Positions 21,953 through 32,261 of a stretch of DNA of 64,000 nucleotides are shown here, one piece after another. Position numbers and translations under genes: made by a program. Source of the DNA: Candidatus Izemoplasmatales bacterium (lineage in GTDB: Bacteria > Bacillota_I > Bacilli_A > Izemoplasmatales > Hujiaoplasmataceae). The first letter of the stretch is position 1. Each line of letters opens with the position of its first letter. The stretch lies in assembly GCA_050949045.1 (NCBI GenBank), contig JBMNEZ010000001.1, forward strand, positions 224,001-288,000, in the 5' to 3' direction. Below the pieces are notes generated by a model. It was not told where the DNA came from. It did no database searches and saw only the letters and a program-made list of their open reading frames with translations.

Positions 21953-22594
21953 ATGATTGTCGCACCGTCGTTTTTGACTGCCGACTTCAATAATTTGGAA
22001 GCCGAGATCCTGTCGATCAAACGGGCAAAATGGCTTCATTTTGATGTGATGGACGGACAATTTGTCAGCAATCGAACTTATGACGAGAGCATCTTGAAGA
22101 AAGTCAGATCCTTCAGCGACCAGTTTTTTGACTGCCATCTGATGATCGTCGACCCAAAACGACAAATCCCATCGTATGTTGGCGCGGGAGCCGAACTGGT
22201 CACCTTTCATTATGAAGCAGCGAGCAAAAAGATCATGGAGATCATCACGCTGATCCGCAAATTAAAGGCAAAGGTCGGCATCTCGATCAAACCGGGCACC
22301 GGCCCGGAAGTTCTCTACCCATATCTCGATCAGCTTGACCTAATTCTCATTATGAGTGTCGAACCGGGAAAAGGCGGACAGAAATTCATGCCCGAGGCGC
22401 TTGATAAACTGCGACATTTAAAGGCGGTCAGGGAAAGCCAAGACTACCGCTATCTGCTTGAAGTCGATGGCGGCATCAACGACGAGACCGCTCCTGCGGT
22501 CAAAGATGCCGGCGCGGATGTCATCGTCGTCGGCTCGTATCTCTTCAACAAACAAGATCGCGACAAGGCGATCTGGGAGTTAGAACATGTCTAG
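21953..22594 (+). CDS. rpe: Ribulose-phosphate 3-epimerase
   Basis: HFDVMDG, DCHLM, MSVEPGKGGQ, VDGGIN. Confidence 0.97.
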   Translation: MIVAPSFLTADFNNLEAEILSIKRAKWLHFDVMDGQFVSNRTYDESILKKVRSFSDQFFDCHLMIVDPKRQIPSYVGAGAELVTFHYEAASKKIMEIITLIRKLKAKVGISIKPGTGPEVLYPYLDQLDLILIMSVEPGKGGQKFMPEALDKLRHLKAVRESQDYRYLLEVDGGINDETAPAVKDAGADVIVVGSYLFNKQDRDKAIWELEHV

Positions 22595-23210
22595 AAAAAT
22601 CAAGATTTTCACAGGCCCGAACACCTATGACTTCAACCTTCTTTATATCGAGGAGGCGGATGAGTTCATCGTCGGTGTCGATTCTGGCCTCGCCTATCTC
22701 GTTGAAAATTCTCTGAGAATTGATCTGGCGATCGGAGATTTTGATTCCTTAAGTCCGGAGTTGCTCGAAAAAGTGATGGTATCGTCGGCCAAGGTCATCC
22801 GCCTAGGAAAGGCGAAATCGATGACCGATCTCGCTTTTGCCATCGATTATCTCTATAACAGTATGGACTATGACAAGGTTGAAGTCTATGGCGGCCTTGG
22901 CGGCCGAATCGATCACCTTCAGGCAAATATCAATCTCCTGAAACGCTATGACCTTTCTTTCCGAGATGACAATCATCATATCTACGTGCTTGTGAAGGGA
23001 CGTCACAAAATTGACAATTTCCATACCTATATCTCCTTTTTCGCGCTTGAGGATTGCTTTAATTTGTCGCTTGAAGGTTTCAAGTACGAGCTCAACAACT
23101 ATTTTCTTTCGACAAGCGATTCGCTTTGTGTTTCGAACAACGGCAGCGGCACGGTCAGTTTTTCAAAAGGCAGACTGATGGTTATCGAAAGTAAAGACAA
23201 TAATAGATGA
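22587..23210 (+). CDS. thiN: Thiamine pyrophosphokinase
   Basis: GVDSG, IGDFDS, TDL, GGRIDH, VSN; follows rpe. Confidence 0.92.
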   Translation: MSRKIKIFTGPNTYDFNLLYIEEADEFIVGVDSGLAYLVENSLRIDLAIGDFDSLSPELLEKVMVSSAKVIRLGKAKSMTDLAFAIDYLYNSMDYDKVEVYGGLGGRIDHLQANINLLKRYDLSFRDDNHHIYVLVKGRHKIDNFHTYISFFALEDCFNLSLEGFKYELNNYFLSTSDSLCVSNNGSGTVSFSKGRLMVIESKDNNR

Positions 23211-23280
23211 TCGCAATCATTTTTTAACATTCAAAGTGTATAATTAATAGTGTTAACAAATTTTAGTTGGAGTTGATAAC

Positions 23281-24564
23281 ATGCGAAAATTTCTGGTATT
23301 GTTGGGAATAACGTGCTTGCTAATCGCTCTTAGCGGGTGTTCGTTTTTGTTAGCTTCGCCGTCCTTGACGATTACGTTTGTGACCCAGACAACGGCTCCC
23401 CCGATAATTCAAGATAACAGAGAGATCGATGTCAGTCATTTGCTTGAGGATCTCTATGCCAGAATTTATGAGGAAATCTATGACGAAGTCCGAGCGGAAG
23501 TAATCGCCGATCTGTCAGAGGAGCGTTTCACAGAGCTCTTTCAGACGGTGATCGCCGATATTTTTCAGAAGATCGACGACGATGAGATTACGCTTACGCC
23601 GGAATCGGTGATTCAGAGGATGCTTGGAGTTGTGACTGATCAGGCAGGTGCCGTGATCGGCGTTTCGAATCTCAATGCTTTCGGCAACGAACAATCGATT
23701 GGCTCGGGCGTCATCTACAAGAAGACCGGCTCTCTCTACTACGCCGTGACCAACCACCATGTCGTTGAGGACGGCTCTTCCTTCAAGATTCGTTTTCAAG
23801 ACGGCTCGATGGTTCCCGCCGAGCTTATGGGTTTCGACAAGACTTCCGATCTGGCGGTTTTGAGATTTTCGAGCACGAAAGATTTGCCGGTTGCGTCCTT
23901 TGGCGATTCCAAAAACCTTAAAAGCGGGACGATCGTTCTGGCTGTCGGCCATCCGAACGGTTATGACTATTTCAACTCGGTGACATTCGGCATTGTCTCC
24001 GGCACCAACAGGTATTTCGACGTTGACAACGACGATGTCAAAGACATGTTCGTGGGTTATATCCAGCATGATGCCGCAATCAACTCCGGCAACAGCGGCG
24101 GGGCTTTATTCAACCTTCAGGGCGAAGTTATCGGCATCAATGTGATCAAGATTGCCTCCACCGAGATTGAGGGCATGGGTTTTGCCATCCCCGGCTCGCT
24201 CGTCGCGGCGATCGCGAGCGACATCGAGGAGTTCGGCTATTCCAAACAAATTCCCGGCGTTGGCATCAAGTTCAACGACATCTCCACAAACCGCGATTAT
24301 TTGATCGCCCAAGGGATCGCGATCCCCGATGAGATTACCTCCGGGTTCTATGTGATCGAAGTTACGCCCACATCCTCGGTCGATGGCTATGTGCAGGTTG
24401 GCGATATCATCCTTGAGATTGGCGATATTGTGATAAGCAGTTCTTACTATTTCTCGACCCAGTTTTCCAAATATCATGTCGGCGACATCATCGATATCGT
24501 CGTCTACCGCAATGGCGAGAGGCTCACATTGACCGGTATCGAACTCAAGTCGAAAGTCAACTAG
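23281..24564 (+). CDS. HtrA/S1C serine protease lipoprotein with C-terminal PDZ-like domain
   Basis: Lipobox LSGC; TNHHV, DLAVL, DAAINSGNSGG triad; GDIILEI..VYRNG PDZ-like tail. Confidence 0.9.
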   Translation: MRKFLVLLGITCLLIALSGCSFLLASPSLTITFVTQTTAPPIIQDNREIDVSHLLEDLYARIYEEIYDEVRAEVIADLSEERFTELFQTVIADIFQKIDDDEITLTPESVIQRMLGVVTDQAGAVIGVSNLNAFGNEQSIGSGVIYKKTGSLYYAVTNHHVVEDGSSFKIRFQDGSMVPAELMGFDKTSDLAVLRFSSTKDLPVASFGDSKNLKSGTIVLAVGHPNGYDYFNSVTFGIVSGTNRYFDVDNDDVKDMFVGYIQHDAAINSGNSGGALFNLQGEVIGINVIKIASTEIEGMGFAIPGSLVAAIASDIEEFGYSKQIPGVGIKFNDISTNRDYLIAQGIAIPDEITSGFYVIEVTPTSSVDGYVQVGDIILEIGDIVISSSYYFSTQFSKYHVGDIIDIVVYRNGERLTLTGIELKSKVN

Positions 24565-24575
24565 GAGAGTGGAAT

Positions 24576-25610
24576 ATGAAAAAAGTATGCATGCTTCTAA
24601 TCGGTTTAGTTTCTTTCTTTTCGTTTGCGGCCTGCGAATTTCCTTTTATCTCCACGGCTTATATGACTACTACGACCGCCGGTTATGTGACCCAGCCTCC
24701 GACGACGACTTCTGTCCCTTCGACAACGATGACCACGACCTTCCTTGACACGACCACTCTAACAACGACGACCGATCCGGGCATCATGATCCAATATACC
24801 GATTACCAAAATCTTATCGATCAGTTGTATCAAATGGTCTATGATGATATCTATGAAGATTTGTATGACGAACTTGGCTTGTCGGCTCTAATTGATGAAG
24901 CGCTTTATGAGGAAATCTACGACAACGTCGAAGCCAAATTTAATAATCTCATCGAAAGCGGTGAGTTGAGCCTCTATATCGACGATGTTCAGCAGCTGAT
25001 CTACAGAGTGGCCGAACTGACGGAACTCTCTGTTGTGGGTGTGACCAGTTATCTCGGCCAGGGAGCTCAATCACTCGGATCGGGAGTCATCTATAAACAT
25101 GATGGCATAAGCGATCTTTACTATGTGATCACCAATGAGCACGTCATCGATGACGGGGACAACTTCCGGATCGTCTTTGTGGATGGGACTTACGTAGTTG
25201 CCCAGCTCTTGGGGTTTAATAAAAACGTCGACATCGCCGTCCTCACTTTTTCCGGCTCTAACCTCGCGCGTGAAGTTGCGCTTTCACCGCTCGGCGATTC
25301 CGATCTCCAAAAGGTCGGCTCTTTCGTAATCGCCGCCGGCAATCCCAAAGGCTATGATTTCTATGGTGCGGTGACCATCGGCATTCTTTCCGGGAAGAAC
25401 CGCGACCTCAATACGCCAGGCGTTTTGTATCTGCAGCATGACGCGTCAATCAACTCCGGCAACAGCGGCGGACCGCTCTACAATCTTGATGGTGAAGTGA
25501 TTGGGATTAACGTTTCCAAGTACGCCTCCACCGATATCGAGGGAATGGGCTTTGCAATTCCCATAAACCTAGTTAAGACTGTGATTCAGGAGATCGAAAC
25601 CAATAACTAA
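24576..25610 (+). CDS. HtrA/S1C serine protease lipoprotein lacking PDZ
   Basis: Lipobox FAAC, Thr-rich linker, TNEHV, DIAVL, DASINSGNSGG; ends directly after GMGFAIP helix. Confidence 0.9.
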   Translation: MKKVCMLLIGLVSFFSFAACEFPFISTAYMTTTTAGYVTQPPTTTSVPSTTMTTTFLDTTTLTTTTDPGIMIQYTDYQNLIDQLYQMVYDDIYEDLYDELGLSALIDEALYEEIYDNVEAKFNNLIESGELSLYIDDVQQLIYRVAELTELSVVGVTSYLGQGAQSLGSGVIYKHDGISDLYYVITNEHVIDDGDNFRIVFVDGTYVVAQLLGFNKNVDIAVLTFSGSNLAREVALSPLGDSDLQKVGSFVIAAGNPKGYDFYGAVTIGILSGKNRDLNTPGVLYLQHDASINSGNSGGPLYNLDGEVIGINVSKYASTDIEGMGFAIPINLVKTVIQEIETNN

Positions 25611-25634
25611 AAAAGACCTTCCGAAGGTCTTTTT
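25609..25634. terminator. Bidirectional terminator
   Basis: AAAAAGACCTT-CCG-AAGGTCTTTTT between convergent genes. Confidence 0.9.
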
Positions 25635-25652
25635 AAAGTTTGGCAGTTTGAT

Positions 25653-25844
25653 TTATGCTCTTGTCACTTTGCCGCTCTTGAGGGCTCTCGCAGATACGTA
25701 GACGCGTTTGACTTTCCCGTTCTCGTCGACAATCCGGACTTTTTGAAGATTGGCCTTCCATAACTTTCTTGTCGCATGCATAGAATGCGAACGCTGGTTG
25801 CCCGACATAAATTTCTTACCCGATACCGCACATACTCTCGGCAT
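25653..25844 (-). CDS. rpmB: 50S ribosomal protein L28
   Basis: [45 protein letters not shown]. Confidence 0.96.
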   Translation of the reverse strand: MPRVCAVSGKKFMSGNQRSHSMHATRKLWKANLQKVRIVDENGKVKRVYVSARALKSGKVTRA

Positions 25845-26097
25845 GATATCACTCCGTTCCCGTATCGATTTCAGCATTTCTATTTTACCATAATCAAAGC
25901 AAAAAGCAAGTAAAAGTTTCTTATTTTCCCTATTGCTTTTTCCCGTGTTCGAGGTGTTTTCATATATCTTGCATTTTAATGGTTGATATGATAAAATGTT
26001 ATTGCTTTTTTTGGTTTTGTCATTATATTCGCATTGAATCATTTGTGTAAAAATATCATTATATCATTGATCATCGCGATAGCGTATGGAGGATCAT

Positions 26098-27777
26098 ATG
26101 CAAAACGAGGTTATGGATGGGCAACTGTTCAAGCAGCTGATCATCAATGGCAATATCAGCTTGCGCAATGACATAGAGCGAATCAACCAATTGAACGTGT
26201 TTCCGGTTCCTGACGGCGATACCGGTTCGAATATGTCCGCGACGATGGCGGCCGGCGCGAAGGCGCTTGCCAATGTCGAGGACACTGAAATCGACAAAGT
26301 GGCGAAACTGCTTGCCCGAGGGATGCTAATGGGGGCAAGAGGCAACTCAGGCGTCATTCTTTCGCAGTTGTTTAGCGGCATGGCCAGCGGCTTGAAGGGT
26401 TATCAGGCAGTTACCCCCATGGAATTTTCGAAAGCGCTTCGTCAAGGCGTCGAGCAGGCTTACGCCGCCGTCATCAACCCCGTCGAGGGGACAATACTGA
26501 CGGTTGCTCGTGAAGGCGCCGACCGAGCTTTGTCGGTTGCGGATAGTGTTGAATCTTTTCAGGAACTTTTCGCGCATTATCTTGAAGAATTGAAGGCGTC
26601 ATTAGAAAGGACGCCGGATCTGTTGCCGGTTTTGAAAGAGGTCGGGGTCATTGATTCCGGCGGTGCCGGCTACATCGATGTCGTCATCGGCATGACCGAT
26701 GCCCTCAACGGCAAGTTCTATGATGATGTCCAGAAGGAACAGGTGGCGCTTGAGGCACCGAAGGTGGATCTGAATCAATTGTCCAATGAGAAAGATTACG
26801 GTTATTGCACCGAGTTCATCATGCAGATCCGAAAAATGGACGAATTCAGCCAAAAGGACTTTGTGGACATGATCACGCCGCTTGGCGATTCGTTGGTAGT
26901 CGTTCAAGATGAGAACATCCTCAAAGTCCACATCCATACCAAGACGCCTGGAGACGCTCTGAACATCGCCCAGCATTTCGGTTTTTTCATTAACCTCAAG
27001 ATCGAGAACATGGCCCTTCAACATACAAAAGTCACTCTTCACAATCCCCTTGACCATCTGCAAGATGGCGATGCTATCTGCGGGCACGACCACGGCAGCT
27101 CAGTCGCCCCGAGCGTTAAGAAGCGCTATGCGATCGTCGCTGTTGTGAACGGCAACGGTTTGAAGGAGACCTTCATCGAGATGGGTGTCGACTATATCGT
27201 CGACGGTGGTCAGACGATGAATCCCGCGATTGAGGATTTTGTGGCCGCTTGCGACAAAATCAATACCGATCACATCATTATCATTCCCAACAACAAAAAC
27301 GTGCTCTTGTCGGCGCAGACGGCCGCAAAACTGATCGAAGGCAAGGATGTCCGCGTCCTTCCCGCCAAAACGATCGCCCAGGGATACGCTTCGCTCACGA
27401 TGTTTGACTCGACCCAAGATGTCGATCAGAATCTGAAGGATATGCAAAACCATCTCCAGAATGTTAAGACCGGCGAAGTCACCTATGCCATCCGCCAAAG
27501 TGTGAACAATGGTATCTCGATCGAAAAAGGCGACTATATGGGCATCTACGATAATCAGATCGTCGCCAGCCACAAGGATCGTTATCAGGTTGTTTGTTCG
27601 CTGATCAAGGCGATGGTTGACTCCGAGTCGGAGATCATCACGCTTATGATCGGGAATGACGTCCCGCCTGAGGAATCCGAACTCTTGAGCAACTTTCTCG
27701 AAAAAGAGTTCAGTGTCGAGATCGAGATCATCGACGGCGGTCAAGAAATCTATTCCTATATTATCGCAGTAGAGTAA
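26098..27777 (+). CDS. fakA: Fatty acid kinase catalytic subunit (DAK2 domain)
   Basis: LNVFPVPDGDTG, GARGNSGVILSQ, YGYCTEF, KVHIHT, GGQTMNP. Confidence 0.94.
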   Translation: MQNEVMDGQLFKQLIINGNISLRNDIERINQLNVFPVPDGDTGSNMSATMAAGAKALANVEDTEIDKVAKLLARGMLMGARGNSGVILSQLFSGMASGLKGYQAVTPMEFSKALRQGVEQAYAAVINPVEGTILTVAREGADRALSVADSVESFQELFAHYLEELKASLERTPDLLPVLKEVGVIDSGGAGYIDVVIGMTDALNGKFYDDVQKEQVALEAPKVDLNQLSNEKDYGYCTEFIMQIRKMDEFSQKDFVDMITPLGDSLVVVQDENILKVHIHTKTPGDALNIAQHFGFFINLKIENMALQHTKVTLHNPLDHLQDGDAICGHDHGSSVAPSVKKRYAIVAVVNGNGLKETFIEMGVDYIVDGGQTMNPAIEDFVAACDKINTDHIIIIPNNKNVLLSAQTAAKLIEGKDVRVLPAKTIAQGYASLTMFDSTQDVDQNLKDMQNHLQNVKTGEVTYAIRQSVNNGISIEKGDYMGIYDNQIVASHKDRYQVVCSLIKAMVDSESEIITLMIGNDVPPEESELLSNFLEKEFSVEIEIIDGGQEIYSYIIAVE

Positions 27778-27842
27778 AAGGGCATTGAAAAAATACCCTT
27801 TTTTTCTATATAATTAGGTCAAAAGAAAGGGGACGGTCTGAG

Positions 27843-29843
27843 GTGGGGCTCAAACAGATAAAGGGGATCGGCGACGCCACCATCAAGAAACTGAGGCAGG
27901 CAAACATCAATTCCGTGGCCGATCTCGTGGAAACCTTTCCCGTCAAATATCTTGAAAAAAGAATCTCGTCTTTCCAAGAAGCTAAACTCGGAGTCGAGAT
28001 CACTCTTGAAGGCATTGTCAGGACAGATGCGAATGTCTTTTTTATTCGCCGCCGGTTGAACAAGCTGACTTTTTCGATCAATGTCGGCAATGTTGTTTTC
28101 AACGTTGCCATTTTCAATCGCGAATTTTTGGTAGGCAATCTGAAAAAGGGAGCCGAAGCCGTCATCACTGGCAAATTCACCACGAGTCTCAACAGTTTTT
28201 CCGCCACTGATGTTGTGATGAAAAAGTACTTTAGGGAAGGCATCATTCCTGTCTACGCGGTTCCCGGACTGTCGAGCAGGCAGTATCACAAGCTAGTCAC
28301 GGCCGCTCTTTCAGACTATCTTCCAACCGTCAAGGAGGATCTTCCGGAGGAATTAATCGCAAAGAACAAACTGCTTGACAAACGCGCTTTCTTAAAAATC
28401 GTCCATCAGCCGGCTACTCTTGATGACACGCTGAGAGCGGCCGAAAGGATCAAGTATTGTGAGTTTCTGGATTTCGCCCTTAAAGTTGAAGGGTACCGGG
28501 CATTGAATCAAAGAGTCGTTAAGACTCCGAAAAAATATGATATTGTCCGTGTCCGTGAATTTATCGGTCAATTGCCTTTTAATCTAACAGATGACCAAAA
28601 GCAAGCCACAAACGAAATCTTCGTCGACCTCAAGAGCAACCATCCGATGAACCGGCTGTTGCAGGGGGAAGTCGGTTCGGGAAAGACGATTATTGCCATT
28701 TTGGCGATGCTCGCAGTCTGTACCGCCAAGGAGCAGGTGGCTGTCATGGCTCCGACCGAGATCTTGGCATGGCAGAACTTTCGGGTCATTGAGCGTTATC
28801 TCAAACCTTGGGGGATAAACATAGCTATTTTGACCGGCAGTTCCAAAAAGAACGAAAGGAAGTCGATTCTTAATCAACTGGCTATAGGAAAGATCGATAT
28901 CTTGATCGGCACGCATGCTCTAATCCAAGACGACTTGGATTTTTACCGCCTTGGCCTTGTCATAATCGATGAACAGCACCGCTTCGGCGTTAGGCAAAGG
29001 CAGATTCTAAGACAGAAAGGGCAAAGCCCCGATGTGCTTCTGATGACGGCAACGCCGATCCCGAGGACGTTGGCAATCACCTTGTTTCGCGATATGGATA
29101 TATCTACTGTTAGAACATTGCCCACTGGCAGGAAGCCGATCTTGACCGAAATTGTCGAATACACCGATCTTTCGCGCGTTTTTTCAATAACACTCGAGGA
29201 AGTCAAAAAGGGAAGACAAGCATATTTCATTGTGCCCTTGATCAGTGGAAACGAGCAAAGTTCTCAGATATCGCTTGCGGAATTCAAGGAAGAGATCGAA
29301 AAGTCGGTTCTCGGAGGGTGCGCCATCGGTTATTTACACGGCCAACAGAAGAACTTTGAGAAACAAAGCGTTTTAGAACGCTTTTATCGGAATGAAACGC
29401 CCATTCTGGTCTCGACGACGGTCGTCGAAGTTGGCGTAAACGTCCCAAACGCCACGATTATGGCGATTCTTTGCGCCAACAGCTTCGGTTTGTCGCAATT
29501 GCACCAGTTGCGGGGCCGCATTGGCCGTGGCAATGAACAGGGGCGTTGTTTCCTGATCGTTGATTCCGATCCTGAAAACAGAACAAAACTCGAGATTTTG
29601 GAAACGGAAACCGACGGGTTCGCAATCAGCCTTGCGGATCTCAGACTCCGAGGACCGGGAGAAGTCTTCGGCGACGAGCAGACCGGCATCATGCGCTTCC
29701 GGATGGGCAATCTGATTCTTGACGATCAGATCTTTGAACGGGCGATCCATGATGCTCGGTGGCTGCTGGAATCAACTGATCCTTTGGCGATCAAACTTGT
29801 CCGCGGCTGTTTTAAGAAAATCGACACCTATATCTTGGATTGA
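27843..29843 (+). CDS. recG: ATP-dependent DNA helicase RecG
   Basis: LLQGEVGSGKT, DEQHRFG, TATPIPRT, QLHQLRGRIGRG. Confidence 0.97.
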   Translation: MGLKQIKGIGDATIKKLRQANINSVADLVETFPVKYLEKRISSFQEAKLGVEITLEGIVRTDANVFFIRRRLNKLTFSINVGNVVFNVAIFNREFLVGNLKKGAEAVITGKFTTSLNSFSATDVVMKKYFREGIIPVYAVPGLSSRQYHKLVTAALSDYLPTVKEDLPEELIAKNKLLDKRAFLKIVHQPATLDDTLRAAERIKYCEFLDFALKVEGYRALNQRVVKTPKKYDIVRVREFIGQLPFNLTDDQKQATNEIFVDLKSNHPMNRLLQGEVGSGKTIIAILAMLAVCTAKEQVAVMAPTEILAWQNFRVIERYLKPWGINIAILTGSSKKNERKSILNQLAIGKIDILIGTHALIQDDLDFYRLGLVIIDEQHRFGVRQRQILRQKGQSPDVLLMTATPIPRTLAITLFRDMDISTVRTLPTGRKPILTEIVEYTDLSRVFSITLEEVKKGRQAYFIVPLISGNEQSSQISLAEFKEEIEKSVLGGCAIGYLHGQQKNFEKQSVLERFYRNETPILVSTTVVEVGVNVPNATIMAILCANSFGLSQLHQLRGRIGRGNEQGRCFLIVDSDPENRTKLEILETETDGFAISLADLRLRGPGEVFGDEQTGIMRFRMGNLILDDQIFERAIHDARWLLESTDPLAIKLVRGCFKKIDTYILD

Positions 29844-29875
29844 TGTGATATACTAGTGCTACCGGAGGTGGAACT

Positions 29876-30889
29876 ATGATCAAAATCGCCGTTGATGCCA
29901 TGGGTGGCGACTATGCGCCCAAAGAACAGATCGAAGGCGCGATGCTCGCCGTCAAAAACATCAGTGACATCGAAATCAGCCTTTATGGTGATCCGGAGAG
30001 AATCAGCCGATATTTGACGAATTCCGAGAGAATTTCCATTGTCCCTAGTTCCTATGTGATCGCAATGGGCGAGAAAAATCCGATCAAGGCGATCAAGGAA
30101 CATCCCGATTCCTCGATGGCCATGGCATTGTCAAGTCTTCGCAAGGGCGAAAGCGAAGCGGTCGTCAGCAGTGGCGCCACCCAGGCCTTGATCGCCGGCG
30201 CGCATATTCTGGTCAGAAGAATGCGGGGATTTAAGCGGACAGCCATCGCTCCGGTGATCCCTTCGCTTTCCGGCAAACCGACTATCCTGCTCGATTGTGG
30301 GGCGAATCTTGAAATCCGCCCTGAGCATATGCTCCAGCAGGCGTATTTTGCGGTTGTATATGCAAGAGAAGTCCTGGAAAGAGAAAATCCCGTTGTCGGC
30401 TTGATCAACATTGGCACTGAAGACGGCAAGGGCCGGGAGATCGACAAGGAAGTCTTTCAACTCTTCAAATCAACGGATCTCTTCGCTTTTTACGGAAATG
30501 TCGAGCCGAAGTCGGTCCTTGATCCACCTTGCGATATCCTGATTTCCGATGGATTCACCGCCAATATCGTAATGAAAACGATGGAAGGGACGGCTGATGG
30601 TATCGGCAAAATGCTGAAGCAGAAACTGACTTCCTCGCTCATCGCCAAGCTCGGCGCCCTGCTTGCCAAAAAGGCGCTCAACGATTTGAAACGGTCCATG
30701 TCGCCGGAGGAAATCGGCGGGGCCTTGATCTACGGTCTCTACCGCCCGGTAATCAAAGCCCAGGGAGCGTCGAGGGCCTATGGTTTTTACAACGCCATCA
30801 GACAGGCGAGCCTGATCGTCCGCAACGAGGTTTTCACCAAGGTCGAAAAATATCTGGAAACGACGAAAGAGGCGCTCGACGATGAGTGA
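29876..30889 (+). CDS. plsX: Phosphate acyltransferase
   Basis: IAVDAMGGDYAP, LDCGAN, NIGTEDGKG, DGFTAN. Confidence 0.95.
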   Translation: MIKIAVDAMGGDYAPKEQIEGAMLAVKNISDIEISLYGDPERISRYLTNSERISIVPSSYVIAMGEKNPIKAIKEHPDSSMAMALSSLRKGESEAVVSSGATQALIAGAHILVRRMRGFKRTAIAPVIPSLSGKPTILLDCGANLEIRPEHMLQQAYFAVVYAREVLERENPVVGLINIGTEDGKGREIDKEVFQLFKSTDLFAFYGNVEPKSVLDPPCDILISDGFTANIVMKTMEGTADGIGKMLKQKLTSSLIAKLGALLAKKALNDLKRSMSPEEIGGALIYGLYRPVIKAQGASRAYGFYNAIRQASLIVRNEVFTKVEKYLETTKEALDDE

Positions 30890-31565
30890 TATCAAGAAAT
30901 TGCAGGCGTATTTCGGCCTTAAGTTCAACGACGAAAGCCTCCTTGTCAGGGCTTTGACCCATTCCTCTTACGCCAACGAAGCTCAGACCAAAAGCTATGA
31001 GCGTCTGGAGTTCATCGGCGATGCCGTTCTTGATCTCGCTGTCGGACACTATCTTTTCAATAACCTTGATGAACCTGAAGGAGTATTGACCAAGAAACGG
31101 GCTCAAGAAGTCTGCGAGGCCAGCCTAGCAGCCTATGCCCGTAGTTTCAATCTTGGAAAATACCTTTTGTTGGGCCGCGGGGAGGAAAAAAGCGGCGGCC
31201 GGGAAAAACCGGCGATCCTCGCCGATGCCTTTGAAGCATTCCTCGGAGCCGTATTTCTCGATAAGGGCTTTTCAGAAGTCTACAAAATCCTCGATAAGGT
31301 AGTCTTTCCAGTGATAGCCGCCAATCTGGATCAAGAGGACAGCGACTACAAAAGCAAACTGCAGGAACTTGTCCAATCCGACAAAAGGACCCTGACCTAT
31401 GAGATCATCAGCGAATCAGGTCCTGCGCATGAGCGCAAGTTTATAGCGAGGGTGTACATGGACGATGTGATCATCATGGGAGAGGGCGAAGGAAAAACCA
31501 AGAAAGACGCCGAGCAGAATGCCGCCAAGGCGACGCTTGACAAGTTAGCCGAAACCGATAAGTGA
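30882..31565 (+). CDS. rnc: Ribonuclease III
   Basis: ERLEFIGDAVL signature, ADAFEA, C-terminal dsRBD. Confidence 0.97.
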   Translation: MSDIKKLQAYFGLKFNDESLLVRALTHSSYANEAQTKSYERLEFIGDAVLDLAVGHYLFNNLDEPEGVLTKKRAQEVCEASLAAYARSFNLGKYLLLGRGEEKSGGREKPAILADAFEAFLGAVFLDKGFSEVYKILDKVVFPVIAANLDQEDSDYKSKLQELVQSDKRTLTYEIISESGPAHERKFIARVYMDDVIIMGEGEGKTKKDAEQNAAKATLDKLAETDK

Positions 31566-31580
31566 TATCCTCGGGAAAGG

Positions 31581-32261
31581 ATGAATGTGATGGACTATCT
31601 TTTGGTAAAAAGACTATTGATGGAAGATGTGCTAGATTTCGACAAACTGATACTCAAAAACTTTAAGGCGATCGGCATGTCGGAATTAGAAGCCATCGTC
31701 ATCATTGAACTCAATAACCAGACGAAACGGGGAAACACCTTCCTTTCGCCAGCAAAACTGGGAAAAAACCTCTCGATGCCCCAGGAAAAATTGCTCGCAA
31801 TTTTAGATCAGCTGCTTAAAAAGAAACTTCTGACGATCCAGATCAAGAAAGGGAAAAACGGCAAGGAAACGGAAGTCTTTTTGCTTGACAACATCATCGA
31901 GAAGATTTTTGTCAATTATCAGAACCAACTCAAGGACGAGTTGATCAATAAGCCGAAACAATATGAGAGCAACGCCGATGAGGTCGTCGATCTGATCGAA
32001 ACGTACTTTCAAAAACAACTTAAACCTCTCGAGGTTGAACTGATTCAAAAATGGCTTGACGAGGACAAGTTCGCAGTCCTCGACATCAAGAAGGCCTTAC
32101 TCGATGCCGTCAAAGCCAACAAGTTCAATCTCAGCTATGTCGACAGCGTGCTCAGAAAAAGACGGCTCAAGGAGAAAAAAACCACTGAAGTTCGCTATGA
32201 TGTCGATAAATCTGAATTGTTGAAAGGTCTCTTTGATTCGTGGGACAAGAAAAAAGAGTAA
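31581..32261 (+). CDS. dnaD: DnaD domain protein
   Basis: N-terminal winged-helix-like region and DnaB_2-like F..LKPLEVELIQKW..ALLDAV..YVDSVL; precedes nth. Confidence 0.85.
   Translation: MNVMDYLLVKRLLMEDVLDFDKLILKNFKAIGMSELEAIVIIELNNQTKRGNTFLSPAKLGKNLSMPQEKLLAILDQLLKKKLLTIQIKKGKNGKETEVFLLDNIIEKIFVNYQNQLKDELINKPKQYESNADEVVDLIETYFQKQLKPLEVELIQKWLDEDKFAVLDIKKALLDAVKANKFNLSYVDSVLRKRRLKEKKTTEVRYDVDKSELLKGLFDSWDKKKE

Noticed and set aside
25845..26042. 129-aa version of L28
   Set aside because: The upstream part is AT-rich divergent promoter DNA; the RBS supports a start at 25844.
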